Below are positions 33,722 to 45,390 of a stretch of 64,000 bases of DNA, piece after piece. Under the pieces are notes generated by a model. The model was not told where the DNA came from, made no database searches, and saw only the letters and a list, made by a program, of their open reading frames with translations. A program made the translations under genes and the position numbers. Source of the stretch: Mytilus californianus (taxonomy: Eukaryota); the NCBI RefSeq assembly GCF_021869535.1, contig NW_026262701.1, positions 10,354,001 through 10,418,000 of the forward strand. The letters run 5' to 3'. The number at the start of each line of letters is the position of its first letter. Within the stretch, counting starts at the first letter, position 1.

Positions 33722-36700
33722 ATAACTAGATTTGTAATTGCAAGCAATAACGGATGGCACCCTCGTTCCCCCATTGCCAGGGTAACGGCAGCTATTTTGA
33801 AAATTCCAAAGCCAAACTGCAAATCTGCACATGCCAGTTACCATTTCTACAAAGTTTCATTCGGGTTTGGAACACTTTTTTGTCTCATTTTTGCTGTTTC
33901 CAGGGAAACGGCTGCCATCTTGAACCATTCCATAGCAAGGTGCACAACTTTACATGGGGGTCCTCATTAAAGTAAAGATCCATCAACATTGGTCTACTAA
34001 ATTCCGAGAACTAGCGCGGACAAAATGTGTGGAAGAAAAATAATAAAAACTAGATTTGCCATTGCAAGCAATAGCGGATGGCACCCTTCCCAAATTGCCA
34101 CTAAACTGCAGCTGTTTTGAAAATTTAAAACGGTCAATGCACATAAATACATAATAACATATTTGTCTGTCAATTTTCATGAAGTTTGGAGCATGTTTCA
34201 ATTTTTCAAGTTTTTGCAGTTTCTATGGTAACGGCGGCCATTTTGGAAATTCTGAAGTCCGAAGTTTTATCTTCATTTGCCAGTAACCATTTATAATAAG
34301 TTTCATTAACAATGATTTTGAAATTTGTGTTAATGTTTGCTGTTTCCATGGTTACGGTGTCCATTTCAAAATTCCAAAAACAGCTGCAACATTGACTTAT
34401 GCCATGTGATATATTCATGATGTTTCGTTGTGTTTGATCTTATATTCCTTAAGAAAATGCGGCTTGGTTTTTCCCATAGGGTCAATGTTAAACTTTTTCC
34501 AGTTTCTATGGCAATGGCAGCCATTTTGGAACTTGTAAATACTGTTGGCACCTCAGGGCACCACTGGCAAAATTTGCATAAAGTTTCAATAGGTTGGCTC
34601 TTTTAACGAAAGATTTAGAAATTTGATTTTTTTTTACATTTTTGCTATTTCCATGATAACGGCAGCCATTTTGAACCATTCCAATGTCTCTTGCACAACT
34701 TCACATAATGGTCCACATTATGGTATAGTTCCATCAACATTGGTCCATTCAATTCCGAGAAATAGCGTGGACAAAATGTGTGGAAGAATAAAAATAGTAA
34801 TGAGAAAAAAAAGAAACGTAGAATAACAATTTGTCACCCCAACTCCGTTGAGGGTGCCATAACTAGTAATCCTGTGTTAGGATGCTAACACAAAAGTCGC
34901 CAAAACGGACCTCACATCATTGTTCTGCTGGATCCATGGTAACGGCGTCCATTTTGGAAATTCTAAAGTCAAAAGTCAAGTCAACATATGCTAGGCAACA
35001 TTTGTTTTAAGTTACATTAAATTTGAAACATTTTGATATTTTTCACATTTTTGCAGTTTCCATGGTAACGGCGGCCGTTTTGGAAATTCCAAAGTCAAAA
35101 GTCAAGCCTACATATGCCAGGCATCATTTGTTTTAAGTTTCATGAAATTTAGAGCATTTTGAAATTTTTCATATTTTTGCTGTTTCCATGGTAACGGCGG
35201 CCATTTTAAAAATTCCAAAGTCAAACTGCTACCGCATATTGTGCTCCCCATAATAATATACCAACATATAGCATTTAATGTCTCTATAATTAATTTAACA
35301 CTGATGTTCTGGAATGTTCCATGAAAATTCACCCCCTCAAATTATGCCCAGGTTACCCCCAGCTAAAATAAAAAAATGTTCAATGTTGAAGTGGTCATGT
35401 GTCTCTAGATATTCATAGAAATAATCATGATTCTATCTCCTCTACATTAAGCACCAATTTAAGAAATGTAATTTTTTTTTACCCCACACATCTTTTAGCC
35501 CCCTAATTATGCCAAGTGGCCAACCTGGTATCATGAATTTTGGGTTCTGCAACCCCCATGATACAGACCCATACCCATAATAAATATAAAGTTTCCATCC
35601 CCTACAGCTTCCAAGAAAATGGTCGGACAGTTTAAGGGGTCAGAAAGAGAAGAATAAGAATAATAACTCGATTTTAAATTGTGAGCAATAACGGATGGAA
35701 CCCTCGTCCTCCCATTGTCAGGGTAACGTTAGCCATTTTGAAAATTCAAAATCCAAACTGCATATCTACACATGCCAGTTACTATTTCTGTGAAGTTTCA
35801 TTCAGTTTGGAACACGGCGGCCATCTTTTACCATTCCATAGCAAGGTGCACAACTTCACATGGGGGTCCTCATTATAGTAAAGTTCCATCAACATTGGTC
35901 CGTTCAATTCCGAGAACTAGCGCGGACAAAAAGTGTGGAAGAAAAATAAGAAAAATAAGAAAAAAAAAAAGAAACGTAGAATAACAATATGTCACCCCAA
36001 CTCCGTAGAGGGTGCCATAACTAGAGTTGCTATTGCGAGCAATAGCGGAAGTCACCCTGGTCAGCCAATTGCCACTAAACGGCAGCCATTTTGATTTTTT
36101 TTTGGGCACATATATGTATCACAATTATACATCTTTCTATGGTTTTTTCACATTCTTTCTGTTTCCATGGCAACGGCGGCCATCTCGGAAATGCCAACTC
36201 CCGATTGCACATCTGCACATGGGGGTTAACATTATTGGTTAGTTGCATTATAATTGGTCCATATATTTCCGAGAAATAGTCTGGACAAAAAAAGTGTGGA
36301 ATAATGATAAATATAACTAGAATTGCCATTGCAAGCAATAGCGGATGTCACCCTAGTTCCCCAATTGCCACTAAACGGCAGCCATTTCGAAAATTTCCAT
36401 CAGTGATTGCAGATATATGCATTACAACAGATCTTTCTGCCGGTTTTCATAGCGTTATGTACGTTTTTCAATTTTCAACATTTGTGCTGTTTTACATGGC
36501 AACGAAGGGCCATTTTGAAAATTCAAAATTCAAAAGCTACATTTATGTATGGTGTTTAACATTTTTGTAAAGTTTTATAAAGTTTTGAGCATTTTAAATA
36601 TTTTTGCCTTGTTTTCATGGTAACGGCAGCCATTTTGGAAATTCCAAAGTGAAATGCCACATCTAGATATGCCAGTCAACCGTTCTGCAAAGTTTCATAC

Positions 36701-39475
36701 ATTTTTAAAGAATTTTAAAAATGTTGATATTTTTAATCATTTTCCATGGCAACATTGTAGATCTGAGGATTCCCAAAATCATCCAAAACATGTATATAGA
36801 GGACAGCTACAATGTGTAAAAATTTGATGATCCAATGTTCAGGCATACTCAAATTATCTACTAAAACTAAAATCTCATTTTTTCACTCTTTTACTATGGT
36901 AACAGTGGGCATCTTGGAAGTGCCAATTCTCACTGCACTTCTGGCAATGGTGGTTAACATTATTGTACAGTTCCATTACAATTGGTCCATACGATTCCGA
37001 GAAATAGTGTGGACAAAATGGGTGGAATAATAATAAAAATTAAAGTTAAAAAAAAGAATTGTTACAATTAAAATATGTCACCCGACCTCCGTCAGAGTGA
37101 CATAAAAACTAGATTTGTAATTGCTAGCAATAACGGATGACATTGTCCCCCATTGCCAGAGTAACGGAAGCCATTTCGAAAATTCAAACGTCAAACATTA
37201 AATCTACACATGCAACTTTACATTTTTGTAAAGTTTCATTAAGTTTGGAGCATTTTGAATTTTTTGCTGTTTCCATGGTAACGGCGACCATTTTGAAAAT
37301 TCTCATATCAAAAAACAATTCTGCACATGCCAGGAAACATTCCTGTAAATTATCAGAAAGTTTGGAGCATTTTGAAGATTTTGACATTTTTGCTGTTTCC
37401 ATGGTAACAGTATCCATTTCCAAAATCCAAAGACAGATGCAACATTGGCACATGCCATGCTACATATCCATAAAGTTTTATTGGATTTGAACTTATATTC
37501 TTTAAGAAAATGCAGCTTTCATGTATTTTCCCATAGGGTCAATGTTAAACTTTCGCCCTGTTTCCATGACAATTACAGCTATTTTGAAACTTCTAAATAC
37601 TGTCTGTGTATCTAGGCATACCAGGTAACATTTCCATAAAGTTTCATTAGATTGGGTCTTAGAATAAAGGATTTAGAATTTTGATTTTTTTTTTACATTT
37701 TTTTAGTTTCCATGGTAACCGTGGCCTTCTTGCACATTCCAAAGTCAGGCGCACAACTTCACATGCTGGTCAACATTATAGCATAGTTCCATCAACATTG
37801 GTCCATTCAATTCCGAGAACTTGCGCGGACAAAATGTGTGGATGAAGAATAAAAATAAGGAAAAAAAGAAACGTAGAATAACAATACGTCACCCCAACTT
37901 CGTTGAGGGTGCCATAATAAAAAGTATAAATAAAAAAACGAATGGAACAATAACAATATGTCACCCGACCTCCGTCAGGGTGACATAATAATAATAAGAA
38001 ACGGGACAAAAACATAGTCTCCAAAAATCCGTTTTGGCGACTTAACTAGATTTGTGATTGCACGCAATAACGGATGCCCCCCTGGTCCACCCATTGCCAC
38101 TATCACGGCAGCTATTTTGAAAATTCCAAAGTCAAAAGGCAGATCAACACATGATAGTTAACATTTATATTAAGTTTGGATCAATTTGGAATTTTAGTTT
38201 TTTTTGCTGTTTCCATGGTAACGGTGACCATTTCAAAATTACAAAGACAGATACCAATGTGACAAATGGAATGTAACCTATCTATATAGTTTATTGGATT
38301 TGGTATACCATATTCCATATGAAAAATGTAATTTTAAAATTTTCCCATGGGGTTTAATGTAATACTATTCCCCAGTTTCCATGGCAATGGCGGCCATTTT
38401 GGATGTTCTTAATACAGTATTTCCATCAAGGCATAGCAGGCAACATTACCATAACGTTTCATTAGATAGGGTCTTAAAATAAAGGAATTAGGATTTTCCA
38501 AAAAGGCGGCCATCATGCACATTCCAAAGTCAGGTGCACAACTTCACTTGGTGGTCCACATTATGGTATATTTCCATCAACATTGGTCCATGCATATCAG
38601 ATAACTAGCCTGGACAAAATGTGTGGAAGAAAAATTAAAATAAGAAAAAAAAAGAAACGAACAAAAACAAGATGTCACCCGAACTCCGTTCAGGGTGCCA
38701 AAATAATAATAAGAACTAGATTTGCAATTGCAAGCAATAGCAGATGTCACCCCTTCCCATTGCCACGGTTACGGTAGCAAATTTGAAAATTCAAAAGTCA
38801 AAGGCCACATCTATACATGCTAGTTAACATTTCTGTAAAGTTTCATGAAATTTGGAGGATTTTGAAATTTTTGAAAATATTGGTGTTTCCATGGTAACGG
38901 TGGCCAGTTCCAAAATTCCAAAGTCAGAAGAGGCATTGACATATGCCATTGTACACATCCATAAATTTCAATTGGGTTTCATTGAATATTCTTAAAGAAA
39001 ATGCTGCTTTAATGTGTTTTCTCATAGGGTCAATGTTTAACTTTTCCCCCCTTTCCATGGCAATGGCAGCCATTTTGGAGTTTCTAAGTACTGTTGGTAC
39101 CTCAGGGCACCACTGAAAACATTTGCCTAAATTTTCATTAGGTTGGCTAAATAACAAAAGAATTAGAATTTTTATATTCTTTTACCTTTTTTTAGTTTCC
39201 GTGGTAACCGTGGCCATCTTGCACTTTCCAAAGTCAGGTACACAACTTCACATGGTGGTCAACATTATAGCATAGTTACATCAAGATTGTTCCATCCAAT
39301 TCCGAGAAATGGCGTGGACAAAAAGTGTAGAAGAATAAAAATAAAAACTAGATTTGCCATTGCGAGCAATAGCGGATGGCACCCTTCCCACATGGACATT
39401 CTTGCTGTTTCCATGGTAACGGCGGCCATTTTGAAAATTCCAAAGTCAAACATCAACTCCTCACATGCCAGTAAA
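33722..39475 (+). mobile_element. Tandem/nested array of non-autonomous Helentron-associated (HINE-like) modules
   Basis: About nine heads aactagatt-gc/ta-attgc-a-gcaat-a-cggatg-caccc occur at ~33724, 34049, 35665, 36019, 36315, 37108, 38044, 38714 and 39345. There are ~six 3' stem-loops gtcaccc-N-gggtg(c/a)cat after AAT-rich tracts, and internal repeats ccatggtaacggcggccattttg. Confidence 0.7.
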
Positions 39476-39599
39476 CACATGTCAAAACCATAGTATGTAA
39501 AGACAAAATATCATCAAGTAATAATAAAACAACATAACATAATATCAGAGTACCACATAAGACAGCTGTGGCGTTCCATAATTAATGTTTATATGCATC

Positions 39600-40245
39600 T
39601 TACTGATCTCACTCAAAAGAAATTGATAAACAAACAGACAATTTAAGAAGAGTTTGTTATAAATCCTGTCAGTACCGAAGTACTGACTACTGGACTGATG
39701 ATAACATCGTGGATGGATAGTCACCACCTGCGGTATCGAACTGTTTCTGTAAAAAAAATAGCAAAACTCTATGCATTCTATAGGTATGAAGCGCTTTGGT
39801 GGGTTTAATTTCTTCAGGAACGCTCAAAGTAAAATATTGAAAGCCAAGGATGTATAAGAACCGAACCAGTTGAAGAGTTATATGACCAAACAGGACATAC
39901 CAATACTAATCAACTTCATCTTAGGTTCACTGATTAAGCGGTTTGTAACCTTACTTTCTTAATTATTTCTAAATCTATAAATGAACAATTTAAGATAGAT
40001 ATGTTATAAATCATGTCAGTAGAGAAGAACTGATTACTGAACGGATGATATTTTCCGGGACTGAAATGCCGCCAGCAGTGGTATTGACCCAGCGCTGTTA
40101 TACATGAAAAAATCACTAGATCATGTTCTTGCGTCCGAAGCGCTTTTCTGGATTTACCTTCATCAGGAACACTCAAAGTAGAATATTTGAAAGCCAAGGA
40201 TGTATAAGTACCAAATCAGTTATAGCGTTATATGACCAAAATATA
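39600..40245 (-). repeat. Retrozyme-like repeat dimer, period ~350 nt
   Basis: aaatc(c/a)tgtcagta...gactactgg...gatgata occurs at ~39660 and ~40008, and the units carry the ctgatgaagg hammerhead-like motif. Confidence 0.6.
40131..40173 (-). ncRNA. Minimal type I hammerhead-like motif (second repeat family)
   Basis: The minus strand reads guguuc-CUGAUGA-AGGUAAAUCCA-GAAA-AGCGCU-UC-ggacgc. Stem I pairs fully and stem III is palindromic. A related copy lies at ~41553-41580. Confidence 0.5.
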
Positions 40246-41534
40246 CATAGAAAGAATAGCAAAATTATATTAAGACATGATGAATTCATGGTATATTGAG
40301 CAATGGTTGAGCTCCGGCCCTTTTGGGCCATATGCGTATGGTCATGACCATATAGGTATTCAAGTTTATACTCGTTTGGTTATAAATGGGCCAGACTTTA
40401 TGAGCATTTAAACCATATAGATATTTTTCGATTAAATTGTAACTTCCTTCAAAGGGACACACAGTTCGTTCTTCGAACCGAAATCGGCACACGTTACTAA
40501 CAGAAATATTTTATCTTTGACATATTGTCTGAATCTTGGTGTATCTGTTTTCCTGCCTGTGCTAGAGTTAATTTTAAACGCCTTTATCCTGTCGACAATC
40601 CCGTCCGTAAGTTAAATCACAGGCGTTTGGCGCATGGACTTTCATTTTTTTTTTCCTGGCGTTTAGATTAGTTTTTTTTTTTAAATTTCGTCTAATCTAC
40701 CCTAAACTGATGTTTTAATTTTCTTATTCATACGATTTTACAACAAAAGTAGTTTATACATTATAAGAATAGAAGGGCAGCAAGTATACACTATTATGAT
40801 TTTGTTATAGCATAAAAAGGAGCATGGAAACATTAGATAGCTAAAAATGATTTGATTATTAAAGAAATTTTAATTTAGTAAAATCAAATTGAAACACCAA
40901 AATGAAGGGGGAAAATGAAGATTTAATGCCTTGCCCCTATTGGATATGTGAACAACAGTTTAAAGTGAATATTTTCGGAGTCGAAATATTGTGTATCGTA
41001 AGGAAAAATCGATAATGACCATGCAAAAATGCTTTGACTATGATTTTATGTGTGAGCAAAATTTATTTTATTTTTCATTAATCATGTGACAATGATAACC
41101 AAATGAGTTTTGTAATCGGACTTGCATGCTGAAGTCACAGTCAGATAAAGACACGTCAACCTATTCGAACCCATTAAAGTTATTCTGAGTGACCAAGTAT
41201 ATTTTCGGACTTCATACTACTGCTTGCTAAGCAAAGGTAGTTTGACCTGACCAGAAGTCAAACCCCGAACTGTCGAATGAGAGGTTAGCACTCCACCACC
41301 ACTTTCAATGTGTTTTTGACTCGAAACCATCGGATTTTAGCTAGTAGTCACCATCGCAATTCATCGTAATGATTCATCAATGTCAAAGTTACAGTTATGC
41401 AATCGCACATCAGCGTAACCGTTAAAACATTTCAGCGTAGCTATCAACGCAATTCAGCAATAACCATCGAACTTCAGCTTATGATTTATGAGATCATTGG
41501 CATGTGTAACTTCATTAATGTGTACGCTTAAAGC

Positions 41535-41830
41535 CATTGTATGATATCAAAGTGCTTTTCTGGATTTACCTTCATCAGAAACTCCCAATGCCGAATATTT
41601 GAAAGCCACCGATGTATTAGAACCAAAACAGATAAAGAGCTATATGACCAAAAAGAACCTAAAGATGATCCATCTTAGGTAAACTGTGCCTTAGAGTGAT
41701 GAAACCTTTTAAACAATTTAAAAATCTAGAAACGGACAATTTAATAAAGGTTTGTTATAAATCATGTCAGTACCGAAATACGGACTTCTGAGCTGATGAT
41801 ACCCCCTTCGACTGATAGTCCACAAGCAGT
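41535..41830 (-). repeat. Retrozyme-like monomer, same family as 39600-40245
   Basis: It shares aagcgcttttctggatttaccttcatcag, gaaagcc...gatgtat and aaatcatgtcagtaccgaa. Confidence 0.6.
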
Positions 41831-42177
41831 ATCTCTATCATTGTTCTTGTTTTGTTTCTTTTTAGAATGAATATTCAGTTCAACGTGGATTTGGCTAGGT
41901 TTTTTTAATTTTAAATAAAGATCATTGCATGGCTTTATTTATAATCATATCTATTATAAACTACTACCTCGCCCGACACTAGTCATAAACCTTAATGGTT
42001 CTTGGACTGAAAATTAGTCTATAACAAAATACATGATATTATCTTTGCATATGGCTTGAACAGATAATGTTGCGCAACAATTAATGTTATATTCTATCTG
42101 AATGTTTCTAGATAGTACTTATAATTCATGAATAATATCTGAATGTAACTATTGTCTCTAAAGCAATGTGTTAATAA

Positions 42178-42640
42178 ATAAGAAGATGTGGTATAAGTGC
42201 CAATGAGACAACTATCCATCCAAGTCACAATGTGCAAAAAGTACACAATTATAGGTCAAAGTACGGCCTTCAACGCGGAGCCTCGGCTCACACCGAACAA
42301 CAAGCTATAAAGGGCCACAAAAAAGACTAGTGTAAAACAATTCAAACAGAAAAACCAACGGTCTAATCTATAAAAAAAAAAACGAGAAACGAGAAACACT
42401 TATGAACCATACCAATAAACGACAGCCACTGTACAACAGGCTCCTGACTTAGGACAGGTGCATAAAAATGCAGCGGATCTAAACGTGTTAACAGGCGCTA
42501 GTCTTCACCCTAACCTGAAACAGTGGTATAACATTACAACATAAAAAGACACACAATACAATATAATTGAAATGGTTTAACTCGATCAAAAAGACAATAC
42601 ACAAAAACAAGTAAATATACACCGAACGAATAAGTTTGAT
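42178..42640 (+). repeat. Interspersed repeat family 1
   Basis: ataagaagatgtggtataagtgccaatgagacaac...; it matches 49586-50060. Confidence 0.8.
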
Positions 42641-42912
42641 CTATGACACAATATAAATAAAAAAAGATGTTTCAATGTCAAAAAGACAACTTTAACCTAG
42701 GACAAAATGGTTTTTTCATCTTTTAATAATCTATCATATTGTCATAAAACACATTACTAATTTTGTAAATGTCAAAACTATACTACTTGTCAGTCAAGTT
42801 TATGTTCAATCATAAGCTACACAACATCATAGTTTAAGAAACTTAATGATAGATATAAAAGTCATTTCTCAATTGTAATTATTATAAAGTTTTATTGTTA
42901 TATGAATTGCAG

Positions 42913-43065
42913 GTTCTAATGGATTTAATGCTGTAGCTGACGATATTCCTACATCCACACATCAGACAATATTCGGACATCAGCCACAATTTCGACATAC
43001 AAACGCGTTATGTAATATTAAAACGAAATACAAAATTAAATTGTACAATTGTAAATGTTCATAGC
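42913..43065 (+). CDS. Candidate second exon of the 31182 gene (GSNGFNAVADDIPTSTHQTIFGHQPQFRHTNAL...); 3' edge uncertain
   Basis: Acceptor tgaattgcag| with phase-1 entry completes a plausible signal cleavage site (S-N-G|F). The frame is open to TAG at ~43063, or the exon could splice out near 43006-43011. The link across the 11.7-kb intron is unproven. Confidence 0.4.
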
Positions 43066-43799
43066 CAGAATATTGAATAAATCGACTGAAAAAAAAAGAT
43101 TTTTTTTTGTCAAAATGTCATGAAAAGCATAGTACGTCTTGATTGAATAATATTTGATTAAGAGTTTTTACAGTGAAATTTGTAGGAATTCTAAAAAAAA
43201 AAGCAAGCGATCAATACATTAACAATTATGAAATATCTCTTAATCTCATGTATAGTCATAATTAAAGTAGGCGTTTTTTTAAGATAAATGGCTGTAAATT
43301 AAGACAATAGTAGTTTACCAATGTTCAAATTACGTTAACCGATTAAAACGAGAAAATCTGAGTAAGAAACAAAACCTGATGGCATCTCATGAAGTTCAAA
43401 AGAAGCGACAACGGGTGCGTTGACAGAATAAGCGGCTCAAGCTTTGTCTGCATCACCCGCCATGCGATCTAACACTAAGTCAAAATGTCAAAATCGGAAA
43501 TTGAAACAATCGGTTTAATTACAAGTCAGAAGACTATACTGGTATCTAAGACCGCGAAAACATGTCGCTAGTGAGTTGAGACACCGAAATATTGTTTCGA
43601 TCTCTTAATTCGTGAAGGTGAGCATAATACATTTGAATTGTCGAATTAGGACTTCTCCACATAACCCTGTTTCAGTAGATTTTACGTATGAATCACACCC
43701 TTGTTAATGAAGTCCGTGTTTCGTGAACATGCACGAGCGTACCGTATTAACTTAGATATATAAACACGTTATAACGGAGCTTAGGGTATGTTACTGGCA

Positions 43800-44015
43800 A
43801 ATTACTGCTGAGAAATACAATTCATAATAGGAAATTTTACATAAAGACGTTTGCCACAGATTCTAGTTTGAAGTCTTTCATCTGTGTCAATATCGAGGAA
43901 ACAACCGATATATGAAGCAGACCTTCTACTTACAGTAGCATTCTTAATCTCTAGTTCACTTGGATATGTTAGTTGTAAACACTCATTGAAAATATTGATT
44001 AAGGAACCGAACACA
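43800..44015 (-). mobile_element. Penelope-like RT fragment
   Basis: The frame YPSELEIKNATVSRRSASYIGCFLDIDTDERLQTRICGKR resembles the YPxELEIKDTT..SASYLDL..L.T..YDKR motif. Confidence 0.7.
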
Positions 44016-44699
44016 TCAATCTATCAGAAAGGGAATTCAAAAATCTTTGCAAGATGCTTTTTTCTTTTGAACTTTTGTGAACTCATGATAGATACCAGGA
44101 TTAAAATCTGAATCTCTGAATGGATTATGCTTTATATCAGTAAGCGTGCAAAATAAGTATCTATTGGAAATGAACTCATCATAGATGTCTTTTAAATGAG
44201 CAAGGGGAACATTAGTGCAAAGAGTAGAAAGTCAAAAGAAGGTACTGGCAACGACCGATTGACATTTCATGTACAACACAATAATAGGAACCACTATTGG
44301 AACAGGATTTCCTGTTGTTTTTTTTTTCGGAAAACAATTTAAGCACTGTGAAACAACGTCCGACACGATCATATAATAAATACTGTTAATGGATTGGAAT
44401 TTAAATCCAACATGCAAATCGTTGATTCCTTCTTTAATTCAAGTATTATGTTCATGTTTGTTTTTTCGTTTTCGATTATATCTGCTTTTAAATGTTTACA
44501 TTCAGGCCCCGAGCATTACTGAAGAGATGACATGAATGGTTGAAACGAGCATCTGGTGCAGTAGAATCTGTACCTTTTAATGTTATTTATAGAAACCTAC
44601 TAATCGTTTGATGGCAATTAAAACTATCACATAATAACATTCTGAAGATAAGACCACATGATTTAGGATGTGAATCAAGCAAATATAGATAAGTATTAA

Positions 44700-45390
44700 A
44701 ATTTAAGTGACGAAAAATTTCCAAGGTTAAAGTATGTTGAACGCAGTGATATCTATTCCACCGAATTCGAAATAAAGGATACAACAGATACAGTACCGAC
44801 TGCCTCATATCTTGACTTAAATCTAGATATTGACAATGAGGTCGGTTGAGAAGGAAACTTAACGACAAAAGATCTGGTTTCAGCTTCCTAATTGTGAAAT
44901 TTCCATTGTTATGTAGCAACACTACAGCAGCGGCTGTATATGGAATATGTATATCCAAGTTGAAACTATGTGGTTATATGAACAACACGATGGGTTCCAC
45001 ATGTAGAGCAGCATCTGCTTACCCTTCCAGAGCACTTGAGATCAATCCGGTTTATGTGGGGTTCGTGTCGATTAGTCCTTCTTTTTCATCACTTCGAAAA
45101 TTTTACGGATGCCTTCACGGGTTGATTGGCAGTTATGGAATATCTGTTTCACAAATGACGACGGATATGTTGCAGCTGTCGTCACTACATTTCTGTCGTC
45201 TTTTCAGCGAATGTGACTTCACCGATTTAGACATTTCATAAAGTTTGTAGTTATATAAAAAAAACACGATGGATGCAACATGGGGAACAGCATCTGCTTA
45301 CCCTTCTAGAACACTCAAGATCACGTCGGTTTATGTGAGGTTCTTGTTGCTCAGTCCGTCGTTTTTTGCCATGGCGTTGTAAGTTTGTCA
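44700..45390 (+). mobile_element. Penelope-like RT 3' fragments with terminal repeats
   Basis: The frames EIKDTTDTVPTASYLDLNLDIDNE, LNDKRSGFSFLIVKFPLLCSNTTAAAVYGICISKL and HGLIGSYGISVSQMTTDM are present, with two copies of the catctgcttacccttc terminal motif. Confidence 0.75.

Noticed and set aside
33722-39475. CRISPR-like repeat/spacer appearance
   Set aside because: The context is eukaryotic, the units are long, irregular and mutually homologous, and there are no unique spacers or cas genes.
34206-39493. Many 60-117-aa ORFs with KMAAVTMET/VSMVTAAIL motifs
   Set aside because: They are translations of the non-coding repeat unit ccatggtaacggcggccattttg.
41190-41310. Possible tRNA-like sequence on the minus strand
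   Set aside because: It is too degenerate for a cloverleaf and is at most a decayed tRNA-derived SINE head.
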